A stretch of 64,000 nucleotides of DNA from Gnetum montanum (Eukaryota > Plantae > Gnetophyta): assembly GCA_015680685.1 (NCBI GenBank), contig MNCI01002706.1, forward strand, positions 737,415 to 801,414, written 5' to 3'. The notes below the pieces were generated by a model. It was not told the origin of the DNA and searched no databases. It worked only from the letters and a program-made list of their open reading frames with translations. The position numbers and the translations under genes were made by a program. This document shows positions 52,701-62,648 of this stretch, piece after piece (within the stretch, counting starts at the first letter, position 1; the number at the start of each line of letters is the position of its first letter).

Positions 52701-55700
52701 AAGTATGGGTTTACACAAGAAGATATGTCTCTAGACCCTCAAAAGGGACAGATCTAGGGGACGCCTTAGAGACGTTGGCCCTTTGGGTTGGACTCTCCCA
52801 CTCATTATAGAGAAGGGAAGTCTTTGGGCTTCCTCCAATTGCCCTTGTGTTTCATGCAAGGCATTGGATGGAAGGATGTATCAGGTGTTGGGGTTGGTAT
52901 CTTCCTTCAAGCCTGGTGTCTAAGGAGTTGACAGATTCCCCGGAGTTGACAGAGTTCCAAACCCATACAGAAGTGTACTCTCGAAGCTATCCTAGGCTCC
53001 GCTCCAAGGACGTCGCTTCTTTGTGTGGGGGAGGATTGTGAGAGATGTCCCAAGGTAGTGGTTCTCCTAGGCTCTTCCCATGGTTCGGGGGCCATGGAAC
53101 ACTTTGAGGTGCCCTCGGGTGACTCAAGTGTTAGAAAACCCATCCTAGCTTGGCAGTACCAAGCTAGCAACAGGACACCCACATGTTGTAACTCTCTTCT
53201 AAGTCATCTTCATCTCCCCCTCACCGTGGAGAACTACATGGCCCTGATTCTATGGTAGTTGTAGATATGTAGGCAGCCAAGACTGGATAGTTTTGGTGCA
53301 GTGCCAGGCCACACCTTGTACCAAATCATGAGGGATATGGGGGTGAGGCACCTTCCCTTGTAGGTGCATCGTTTCCCCTCCCACCGATGTTGTCTACAAG
53401 GTTGTGTGTGTGCTTGTTTGCATGGTCCTTGTTTTGGAGTTGGTTACCCTCCATGACGTGCGTTGCCATATATGTTAAGAAGCTGTGATTCTGCTAGCAC
53501 TCACTCTTGAGTTGCTTGCTTGCTTGAGGTGTATTCCCCAGGTCTTCCACCCAGATCCATTGGATCTTAGAGAATTCCTTGGGGTGTCAGACAACGTCGG
53601 GGCAACGTTGTTACACAGATATTCCTAACAGAATCAAATACGAATAAATGAAGAAATTATAGTGAATCTTACTAGATTTTTACACAAACATAGTGAAACC
53701 TGTCATATTTAGATCAGGCATAACGTTAGCCAATCAATAAAGCACCAAGATGAAAAAGTAAATGTACCTGAAAAGTATGCTTGAGAGGAAGTTTAAGGAT
53801 TGTGCTTGCATAAGAGAACACAAAGAAGAATTGCATGAGATAGCTTGCTTCTATTGTTCGCATGAGTGATTAGATAAGGCATGTTTGAATGTAGCATGAA
53901 TCAAGGATGCAATCTTGGACAACAAGAAAGAAAACACAAGATGCTGATCCCAAAGAGATTAAGTAAGACTTTAATGATGATAATGCTGTCTTTCTTTCCA
54001 AATACATAATTAATGGAAAAAAAAAGAATCTATAACCAGACTAGTGATTTAAACTAGAAACGCACATCAAATTAAGTCATTTGAAAATGTTATAAATCAT
54101 TATGCAAATAATCATGTAAAATACAGGCATCAGATAGCAACTTCAAGCATTCATTTTGGTAGAGCACCATCAAATAAGCCAGTAATATTTCCACATGAAA
54201 CGAACAAACATTATCGAAAAATATAAGAGGCAAAAAAGTGCAAATTCAATAGCGGTTATCACTTGCAGATAACCAATGTAGGAATATCTTGCATTTTGCC
54301 TAATTCTGTAAAAAGGTTTCAGAAAGAACTACCGAGAAATGGGAAGCAAAGGGAAACAAACACTAAATATTGACACCAACATATATTAATGATTTGTTTA
54401 CTTTAAATCCTGATTAGTAGTTTGTAAAGTGGTTTCGGTGAAAACAAACATTTAGCCTCATAAAATACTTCAGATTTAAAAACAGGGAAGCTATATTCCA
54501 TCAACTTATTAAAAACTGACTTTTTTCCACAACATAAATAGCCACGAAGAAGTATGCATACCCCTTGATAAAATCCAATGGCAACTCCATGATGTGTACA
54601 ACCAATGCAATTTGCCCGTTCAAAAATGTGTGCCAAAGGAAGGTAAGAAATATATCTGCAATTTTTGTAATTATAACAGAACCCATAAGTAACATGCACT
54701 TGAGTCTCTAATGTAGAAAATATTATTTAAAAAATGAAAATATTACAATTCTGTAAGTCAATCCGTTAGTTATTATTGCTTTCACTTTAGAAGGCAAGTA
54801 ACAATATATGAAAAGGACAGTTTCAAAATGAGAAAAAAAATTAAAACATACACATCCGACGGATGAGGCCCAAGGCTAAGACAGGAACCGGCAACACTTG
54901 CAACGAAGTTTCCATGGGAAATCATACCTCCCTGTTTTAGTACGACAGCCTTTAAACACTACTCATGTTTGAAATATCATGAACATAAAAAATGTATACG
55001 AAAAAAGGTAGAAGCGAGCAGTAAAATGTATGTAAACTTTTATAGAATGAAGTTACTCTCCAAAAAAAAGTAACTGAAATACACCTTTGGAGTTCCAGTG
55101 GTGCCACTAGTATAGCAAATAGTTGCAATATCTTCTGGCCGTGGAGGATCAAATGGCTGAGGATTCTCATGACCCTAAAAGCCCATTTAAAAATTTGAGT
55201 AAAGAAAATAAAATTTATTGGTTAGTATAGGTACAAAAACTTTTATGATGTTGGAAAAATTTCTTCACATTATGGAAATGCATAGCAGAAGCATGATGGA
55301 TAGATTCATTGTGCTTGTAGGACGTTGTAAACATTATATTTTTTAAAAAAAAATCTATAGGTAATTACTTAAAACATATAAACTCCAATTTTTAAGAAAA
55401 CACAAATTTTGCAAGAGATTTCTTTGTGACATAATTACTATGCGTCAATATTATTCAAGAAAGAATAAAGAAACATAGGATTGGAGACAAACCTGACTCA
55501 TTAATTTTGCATATGATATAATGTTAAGGCCATCTTTGAACCGTGGTGGCACAAAATCTATTTCCTCTCCAATAACCTAAACAAGAATGCAAATAAATAG
55601 CACAAATATTTCTTTGACATAACAAAACAGTTAACATGAAAAATTGTTGGTAAAAGCATGTGAATCATCAAATAAGTACCACAATAAGACGCAACGAAGG

Positions 55701-58700
55701 AAGCTCTGAGAGAAATCCCTGAATCTGACATTGTAGTATGAAAATTGCATAAACGAGAAATCAAGTTAGATTGAAACAATGATGTGAAATCCATTTTAAA
55801 GAAGCCAGATCTACCTCATTGATTAAAAGATTATACTCTATATTTTCAAATGCAATCATTAAAGTTTATCTCACTTTCAAGTCCCTTTGCTTTTCTGCAG
55901 TGTTATTCATCAGTGTGTGTTAAAACAGTTTATACATGTGTAACTGAAACTGAAGCTTTTTATTGTGCCAATAGGAAAAAGAAAACTTATTTTTCTCTTA
56001 TCAAACAAAATTCAATTTCAGCCATTCCTTCTACAGAATGTATATTTCTTACTTACAGTGTTCAAGGTGGCCTGAACGCAGAACACAACAGATATTTCAG
56101 CATGATTTACTATGTACTTCACAGCATCTGGACCTGTATATAGAAATAATAATACAGAATGAGTAACATTATGAAATCTCAAAATTTCCAAAAATTAAAA
56201 TCAAATAAAATAGAATCAAAGTAAGACACTAAGAGAAAAGTACCAAGGGTATCATAGAGAGGAACCGAAATGAAGGAATATGAGGCACATGCATGATCAA
56301 CGATAACCCATTCAGGCCTGTTGATTAAATATAGCCCAATGCAAGATCCCTGTATTCATACGTATAATTTAATAAAATTCAGCTCTTTCTCAGCAACTAA
56401 ACCTAATTCTTCTTCTTTACCATCCTAGCCTTGTCCCAACAAAACAGCAAAACAGCTCCTAATTGTACTGAGTGAAAAGTAGGCCTATTCGTTCCTATAA
56501 AACATTTAATAACAGAACACCATTAATAATTACTTTAGGAACACCATGGTAAACAAGCCCAGATCCAATTGCAGTGCGAACAGTACCAGCTTCACCATAT
56601 GTCATCCACTTGTATCTAGTTTGAGAAAGAATGTGCCAAAAAAATCAGCTAAAATCATTTCCTGTTTTTTGAACAATATTTTGTAAATATTAATTCATTA
56701 CATATATTAACCAAAGAACTTACTCTCCAACTGAACCATCTGCATGGTTACGAGTTCCAAGATACTTGTAATGTTGGAATTTCTTCACAGCATGCCTGGA
56801 TGCAAATAAATAAGCTGCATTCCTTATAACTTGAAATGACACTAAAACGGGATAATTTTGTTAAAACAATGAACCTAGCCAATATTAGAAGATCCTTTAT
56901 ATTATTAGTAGTTAGGCTTAATTCTAAATAAAAACAATACCATCCATCCACAGGTATGACTAAAAACATTCTATCTTCTTTACAAGTTGTACTGTGAACC
57001 TATCAGTAGTGCTTTTGTGACATGCTCAAACACTGCATTTCTAATTCTCTTGAATCTTTTGCATTACCTACAATTTTTTGTCTCATAAATATTAATTTAT
57101 TTACATTTAATTTTTAAAGTCAAGATTTTTTCCACACATCTCGATGAAACATACACATTTAAGGAGGAAGTATATTTGTCTTTCAATTTTACATGTTTGG
57201 TTTATATAACATCAGTTTGTCTTTCAGATCGTAAATCACTGCAAACTTTACATCATGCTATGGAGTACTGCTCATCACAGGCAACTGCAACAAAGAGGTT
57301 TTCCAGGACACTGCAGAAACTCAGAAGACCCAAAAAAAATGACTAATATATGTTTAATGATGTGTGAATGTTATGTAATGGTCAATTTCCTATATCTTTA
57401 ACTTTCCCCTGCATAGGAGGCTGGACATGAATCCTTGACTTTGTCGGTATTGATCATATACTCTTTAACAACAAGGCAAAGCATATAATCAAACAAGACA
57501 TTGTAGCAAAAAATCCCAAAAATACAGGGTTTGCCATGCATATGGTGTTTTATTATTTGATGCAATGATTGGTGATGTCACAAGGAAGAATGTACCTGGT
57601 GTGATCCAAGAACGAACAGGTTACACAGGATTTTGTACTTATGATGTTACAAAAACTCAGAAAAACAAAAACAGTTGCTAATAACTGTTTGATGATGTGT
57701 TAAAATTACCTAATAGTTACTCACCTATATCTTTAACTTGTCCCCTGCATAGGAGGTTGGATATGAATCCATTACTTTCTTGTTATTGATCATATACTCC
57801 CTAACAGCAAGCCAAAGCATAAAATCAAACAAGACATTGTAATGAAAAAAACCAAAAGTTTCACTTGCATACGGTGTTTTATTATTTGATGCAATGATTG
57901 GTGATATCATAACGAAGAATGTACTTGGCATTGTCCAAAAATAAACAAGTTACACAGGATTCTAAATGGAACAATATACAAGCCTTGACTTTAAGTTGGT
58001 AAAGCATTAATAGTGATATTCCTTTGGTGAATAAATCAAAGGAAGTCCTGGCTGCAAAAATGGAAATTTGGAAAAGAATCCTAAATCAAAAGGGTTGAGA
58101 ATTAGTTGAAGTAAAACGGAATACATAGAGTGCATTTTTAGTGAAAAGAAAGTAACGAAAACTTGAAAATTAAAATTTAAAACCAAAAGGTTACTCAATG
58201 TAAGCAATACAAATATTTGGGTCACTTGTTTAAATGGAAAGTGAGATTAACAATGATGTGACAGACAGAATTGCAGTAGGATAGATGAAATTGAAAGAAG
58301 CTGGTGGTATACTTTGTGATAGGAGAATCCCTACTAGGCTGAAGGAAAAGTTTTATAGAACTGCTTTCAGACTTGCAATCCTTTATGTTGTGAAATGCTA
58401 ACTAATCAAAAAGCATCAGGCCCAACACATCCACATGGTAGAAATGCAAATGCTAAGGTGGGTGGTGGGTGTGATTAGGAAAGATTGACTCAACAAGTCT
58501 CTTATTAAGAGAAGTTTGGGAGCAACACTCATGTATGAGAAAATTAAGAAAAGTCATCTCAAATGGCTTGGTCATGTGCTAAGAAGGCCAGAGAATGCTT
58601 CTGTTAAAAAAGGTCATTTAATTTGAGTCAAAGGGAAACAACAAAAAGGTAGACCTAAACATACATGGTTTGCAAGTACAAAGAAACACATCCAAGACTT

Positions 58701-61426
58701 GGGTATTAATGTTTACTTGGCTCATTTTTTTTCTGGAGGTCCTTCTCCTCAAACGACGCGGTCAACATTCTGGCTTAATCCTGGCTCTGTGGAGGGGGGC
58801 TGGGGGGGGCACCAGGCCCGTCGTCTTCTGCACCCCCCCCCCCCCCCCCACCCCCCCTCGAGGAGGCACCTCTGCTGCCCCCCCTCCCCCCTCAGCCCCA
58901 ACCACTACAACCTTCGCTTGGGGACGCCGCTCCCAACAAAGCTCGCACCCCCTGCTCTCAGGACGGCTTCCCCCCTGACAGATCCCCCCAACGGCCGATC
59001 CAACTGGGCCAAGGAGCTACAACAGGCTGAGCAGCATGTGCAGGTGGCAGAGAGGCAGGAGTGGGAGGCCAAGTGGAACGAGGCCCTTGCCCAGTCTCGG
59101 GCTGACCTGGAAGCCTAGTTCCACGAGCAGGAATAGGAGCAGCTACGACAACATGAGCTTTTGGCAGAGGCTACTCGGGCCCGGCTCATTGACAAAATCC
59201 GACCCTAGGTAAGAGAGGAGCTGAGATAGGAAGACGCAGCCCAAAGAGTGCAAGAGGAGGCAGAAAGAGCGGAGCAGGAGCGCCTACGGGAGGAGGACGA
59301 GCAAAGACAAAGACAGCTTGATTGGGCACACGAGCACAGTGCCCGTTAGTGGCTCGGGGGAGGGGGGTGGCGATGCCCCTACCTCATCCTAGGCATTAGT
59401 TGTGATGGGGGAGCTCCGAAGACATATCCGACAAACATCAGCACGTTATCATCTGGATGCGGGCAACTCACCGGCGGATTGGAGCAGGTGGGAATCCGCC
59501 ATGCAAGGCATCCAACNGTGTGTAGTAAAAAAAAGAATTCGTATAGCTAACCCTTGTAGCTGGGATAAGGCTAGGATGATGATGATGATTAAAGCATAAC
59601 TAGTGATACATAAATAGCTACGTTATGGATTATTGTAACATAATAAGAGACCAATCACCATCAACCTTCAACATGAAATCACATTTCAATCGAAGAAGAA
59701 CATGGTAAAAAGAGGCATAAACACAGGAAAATATGTTAGCAGTGAAGTATATCTATACTATCCAAACTCCTAAATCCTACTACAGATATTACTGCTTATC
59801 AGGGAAGTTCAAGATACAGTTTTGTTGCATGTTTCAATAAATTGAAAACTTATGTTTTCTTATCTGGTCCAAGTATACCTAAATTGACACAATTTTGTGG
59901 AGTAAATTTTTCCCTGCTACTAAGTTGTACGTGTGTATTTATCTATATCAATGCCACCTTGCAAACTCTACAAAACTACTTCTACAGAAAAAAGTTGTAT
60001 TTATTGCCATTACTTGGTTGCTACATCTACACAAAGATGGATGCTAAATAGATAAAATGGTTTGCATCTAACAAAACTTACTGTGTTTTCGTTTATCTTA
60101 AACTTACCAAATTGCATACAAGAATTTTATACTTCAGCTTTTTGTAACATTTTACAACATATAGGACAACTACGAAAGTAGACTCACTGGAAATTTTCAT
60201 GCAGAGTTCCAACCTCAGGACTATCTGGAAATCGTTCAAGGAGTGCTAATGGAGCTCGTGCTGATCTGCAATCATGTACCAGTGCATGAAAATTTAACAG
60301 TAGATATCAATATCAATTTGAGACACTACCTGAAGAAAAGATAAATCACCTGTGAACATTCCACTTTCCAGTACGCAATTGCTCTGGAAGAACAACACTG
60401 TATCCTTTCTCTGAAATGACCAAAAATCAGTAAATTGGAGACGGATCAACTGGCAGATCAAAGCGTTATGCAGTACCAATATGTATAATAAATGTTCTAC
60501 TTCCAGAAAAGTGTCAAGCTATCGAACAATTCACCGCAAAGGATAATCTTGAATCGTCCAGTCTTTTTAGACAGTTGAAAACCATAAATAGCTACGATGA
60601 CCTGAATCTCAACGACCAACTACAGACTAAGACAATGAAACATCTAACTGAATATAAGAACACTATGCTTCTGAGCAGCTTACGACAGATTCTTCAAAAC
60701 TCTGAAGCCAAGAAAAATGTCGCCACTATTTTTTTTTTCAAATTCTCCTATTTCAAATTATTTCTTTTAGTTTCCTAATCTGTACATTAATTGTTGCTTC
60801 TATAATGATTCATATGTAAGCAAAGATCGATTTATTCCAATGAGGATCAAAGCAACCTAAAAATTTAGAAAAAGCACAAGGATCCAATTTCCTTTAATCA
60901 TCCATTTCCACCATGTTGTTACAATGCACTTAATACAAAATATTGATCCACGATCCTGTTGTTATAGCTCCTGGATCTTTGTGCCCCCAACATTCGAAGT
61001 TTTTTTATTATGATTTTGTCAAATTCAAGCATCAATTAGTATTCCTTCGTTTTTGAAAGCTTTGCCCAGCCAAACAACGAACCGTACTGGCAGTTAGCAG
61101 AACTGATCAATTGTCAAGCCAAAAAAGAAACGTAAAGAAATGCAAAAGACCAAACTTTATTCCGTGATAACGCCACAAACGAACGGAGCACGTTATCAAG
61201 CACAAACACGGTGAAAAACGAAACAACATTTGTTGGATCCTAAGATCATAAACAGAAATACCAAAGGCAAACTACTGGCGTTACCAATAAAATATTCGCC
61301 GGCAGTGGGATTGAAATGAAGGCCGATCCCAAAGTCATCATCGCTGGTGCTGCTGCCAGAGACTTTGGCTGAACGAAGATGATCTCCGATCTTCTGAATC
61401 CTACGCAGGACAACAGAATTGTCCAT
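40671..61426 (-). CDS. LACS6: Peroxisomal long-chain acyl-CoA synthetase (LACS6/LACS7 clade), 23 coding exons, 694 aa (whole gene span)
   Basis: Manual splicing gives 23 exons with GT-AG introns and consistent phases, totalling 2085 nt with no internal stop. Motifs: PTS2 [12 protein letters not shown]-binding [75 protein letters not shown]6 vs LACS7 orthology cannot be resolved without a tree. Confidence 0.95.
40846..40932 (-). CDS. LACS6: LACS exon 22 ([12 protein letters not shown]...LLTPTFK)
   Basis: tgacag / gtacta, phase 0. Confidence 0.94.
41140..41226 (-). CDS. LACS6: LACS exon 21 (YKDLNQLC...MDAVGRAAK)
   Basis: gtacag / gtgtgc, phase 0. Confidence 0.93.
41367..41452 (-). CDS. LACS6: LACS exon 20 ([11 protein letters not shown]...WADSHGIK)
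   Basis: caacag / gttact, in phase. Confidence 0.93.
41549..41652 (-). CDS. LACS6: LACS exon 19 ([22 protein letters not shown]...CFVY)
   Basis: ttgcag / gtgaga, in phase. Confidence 0.95.
41908..44211. mobile_element. Solo LTR (~550 bp native) in LACS intron 18, split by a second solo LTR
   Basis: 7-bp terminal inverted repeat TGTTAGA...TCTAACA; TSD tattg/tgttg; many ccacaac(t/c)catg units at 43770-44130. Confidence 0.75.
41961..43703 (+). mobile_element. Solo LTR (1743 bp) with CRM-type termini nested in the previous LTR
   Basis: TGATG...CATCA; flanked by ctctatttcctt / ctctatttcctg; agac(g/a)tct motif array at 43148-43315 as in element E LTRs; TATA ggtataaatag ~43386. Confidence 0.78.
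45198..45284 (-). CDS. LACS6: LACS exon 18 ([16 protein letters not shown]...KIID)
   Basis: ttccag / gtgatc, in phase. Confidence 0.95.
45421..45544 (-). CDS. LACS6: LACS exon 17 ([11 protein letters not shown]...[10 protein letters not shown]...DEIQ)
   Basis: ttgcag / gtaata, in phase. Confidence 0.95.
45627..45745 (-). CDS. LACS6: LACS exon 16 ([14 protein letters not shown]...[10 protein letters not shown])
   Basis: ttgcag / gtacgt, in phase. Confidence 0.95.
45848..45977 (-). CDS. LACS6: LACS exon 15 ([12 protein letters not shown]...[15 protein letters not shown])
   Basis: ttgcag / gtatgc, in phase. Confidence 0.94.
46237..46325 (-). CDS. LACS6: LACS exon 14 ([29 protein letters not shown])
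   Basis: aaacag / gtatgt, in phase. Confidence 0.93.
46454..46542 (-). CDS. LACS6: LACS exon 13 ([29 protein letters not shown])
   Basis: ttacag / gtatgt, in phase. Confidence 0.94.
47101..47682 (+). repeat. 5' LTR of element F
   Basis: Direct repeat of 53037-53615. Confidence 0.95.
53037..53615 (+). repeat. 3' LTR of element F
   Basis: Direct repeat of 47101-47682. Confidence 0.95.
54562..54655 (-). CDS. LACS6: LACS exon 12 ([13 protein letters not shown]...IGFYQG)
   Basis: ttgcag / gtatgc, in phase. Confidence 0.95.
54852..54931 (-). CDS. LACS6: LACS exon 11 ([15 protein letters not shown]...PSD)
   Basis: aaacag / gtatgt, in phase. Confidence 0.92.
55085..55174 (-). CDS. LACS6: LACS exon 10 (GHENPQPF...[12 protein letters not shown])
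   Basis: ttttag / gtgtat; AMP-binding P-loop. Confidence 0.95.
55493..55576 (-). CDS. LACS6: LACS exon 9 (VIGEEIDF...ISYAKLMSQ)
   Basis: gtttag / gtttgt, phase 0. Confidence 0.88.
55680..55724 (-). CDS. LACS6: LACS exon 8 ([15 protein letters not shown])
   Basis: tgtcag / gtactt, 45 nt, phase 0. Confidence 0.88.
56057..56133 (-). CDS. LACS6: LACS exon 7 ([26 protein letters not shown])
   Basis: atacag / gtaagt, in phase. Confidence 0.93.
56244..56349 (-). CDS. LACS6: LACS exon 6 ([14 protein letters not shown]...VPLYDTL)
   Basis: atacag / gtactt, in phase. Confidence 0.93.
56534..56615 (-). CDS. LACS6: LACS exon 5 ([27 protein letters not shown])
   Basis: aactag / gtaatt, in phase. Confidence 0.92.
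56724..56795 (-). CDS. LACS6: LACS exon 4 ([23 protein letters not shown])
   Basis: atccag / gtaagt, in phase. Confidence 0.92.
57318..57962. repeat. Diverged ~335-bp tandem duplication in LACS intron 3
   Basis: 57389-57633 aligns with 57724-57962 (cctatatctttaact...gttacacaggatt); weaker similarity extends left. Confidence 0.85.
58019..59589 (+). mobile_element. 5'-truncated RTE-clade LINE in LACS intron 3, interrupted by a GC-rich insert
   Basis: RT C-terminal motifs [47 protein letters not shown]; 3' end tgggataaggct plus (gat)n tail; 19-bp TSD taaagcattaatagtgata / taaagcataactagtgata. Confidence 0.92.
58730..59516 (+). mobile_element. GC-rich fragment resembling the 5' gag region of an LTR retrotransposon
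   Basis: Pro-rich then E/Q/R coiled-coil-like frame with in-frame TAGs, then [18 protein letters not shown]; ends at a single N (59517); family assignment is inference. Confidence 0.45.
60188..60265 (-). CDS. LACS6: LACS exon 3 ([25 protein letters not shown])
   Basis: ttgcag / gtgagt, in phase. Confidence 0.92.
60350..60410 (-). CDS. LACS6: LACS exon 2 ([21 protein letters not shown])
   Basis: tttcag acceptor, gtgatt donor, in phase. Confidence 0.92.
61285..61426 (-). CDS. LACS6: LACS exon 1 ([17 protein letters not shown]...PTAGEYFI), carries PTS2
   Basis: ATG at 61426; donor G|GTAACG. Confidence 0.9.
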
Positions 61427-61499
61427 GTTTCTCCGCGTTCCGGATCGAACCAGATCAAGTCTCTCACCAAAACCAACAAAATTCACAACTCAGTAACAA

Positions 61500-61900
61500 A
61501 AAACTGAAATGTTTGAAGTATCAGGTGACTTATAACAACAACGACAACATGAACGCCGATAATCACAAATTTGTTTTGGGTATTTTGTTTTTTAAAGAAA
61601 CGGCTTTTCGAGAGCAAGAAATTTTGCACGTGTTTTTGTTAGGTCGCTGCATATTTCTAATTTCGGGCCGCAGCGCCGGCATTGGTGGGCCCGCCTGGTT
61701 CCAGTTTTGTAAAGCCGGCGCCGACGTCAACATCCGAGGATTTTCTTAATTATTTTTTAAGGCCGTGGGCTTTTATCCAGACTGACCCCAAGTATTGAGC
61801 ACTTGAGCTTTGCTTGGATTTTAATTTTTCTTTCACTGTCTGAGGTGACGCCACGTCAGCGCTGGTGGTGAATTTTTTTTACGTGTAGTAACAATGCATG
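61500..61900 (-). promoter_or_regulatory. LACS promoter region, CpG-retaining, with G-box/ABRE, paired TGACG and TGGGCC motifs
   Basis: CACGTG 61627-61632; TGACG-cca-CGTCA 61846-61858 (ACGTGGC on minus strand); TGGGCC ~61686; locally GC/CpG-rich relative to the flanking TE DNA. Confidence 0.55.
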
Positions 61901-62648
61901 GTTCCCTTCCCTCGACCAAGAGAAGCCCCGCCAACGAGATTTGAATAAGCAGAGTCAACCTTGTCATAGGTGGAGCTCTTTCTCGAGTGTTGCAGAAGAA
62001 AACTTTTACGACAAAAACATGTGCATCGCCTACAACTTGGAAAGGCAAGGGAGGTCAACACTTGTTCACTCAATGTCATTCAATGATTATGTCAAAAAAT
62101 AAATTTTGAATAAAAGATAAACCACAAAATCTTGTTAACTTTGTAACATAAGTAGAAGTAAAGTAAGAGTGTACAAAAATTAAAGGTACGATGAAATTAT
62201 TTTTGGACTCTCGATTAAATTTTTAAACAGCTAATTTTTCAATGGATCTAATGTTTCTCCAACAAATTTGATATTTTTCATCACATCTTATTTTTTTCTC
62301 TTCAATTTTTCTCCAGCAACTCTAATTTCTCTAAAATTTTCCTATTAGGGATTCTGCATTACTCTCATCTTCTTCAACAAATGTTAAAATTTCTACTTCT
62401 TTTATTTATGTTGAAATTTCTATTGATTCTCAAAATGCAAATTTACAAGCTTGTAAGAAAAAGTTGTGATGCCTTCTTCTAGTGATGTTGATACAACTAA
62501 GACACTCAATTTTGTTTTTCGTGATGATGTATATGAGTCATTGGTTGTTGATCTTTTATCACAATATATGTTCATTCAAATTTTGGATTACCTACTTTGT
62601 GATCAAAATTTCATTTTGAAATTAAATAATGTGATGCAAAAAACATGA

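Larger units (their letters stand above)
47101..53615 (+). mobile_element. Element F: structurally complete LTR retrotransposon with non-coding, decayed Gypsy-derived interior (LARD-like), in LACS intron 12
   Basis: LTRs 47101-47682 and 53037-53615 (TG...CA, ~94% identical by eye); perfect TSD CAGAT; PBS tggtatcgaagc 47685; PPT gggggagga before 53037. Confidence 0.95.

Noticed and set aside
57318-57962. Intronic snoRNA pair
   Set aside because: I could not find properly paired C/D or H/ACA boxes on the host-gene strand; kept only as an unexplained duplication.
58730-59516. Bacterial horizontal transfer or contamination
   Set aside because: The low-complexity P/E/Q/R frame with CAG>TAG-type stops fits a methylated plant retroelement fragment better; there are no bacterial gene features.
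61427-61486. 20-aa N-terminal extension of LACS shown in the ORF track
   Set aside because: It starts at a non-ATG codon; the ATG at 61426 places the PTS2 at the expected N-terminal position.
62060-62648. Possible transposon remnant upstream of the LACS promoter
   Set aside because: There are no identifiable termini or protein motifs.
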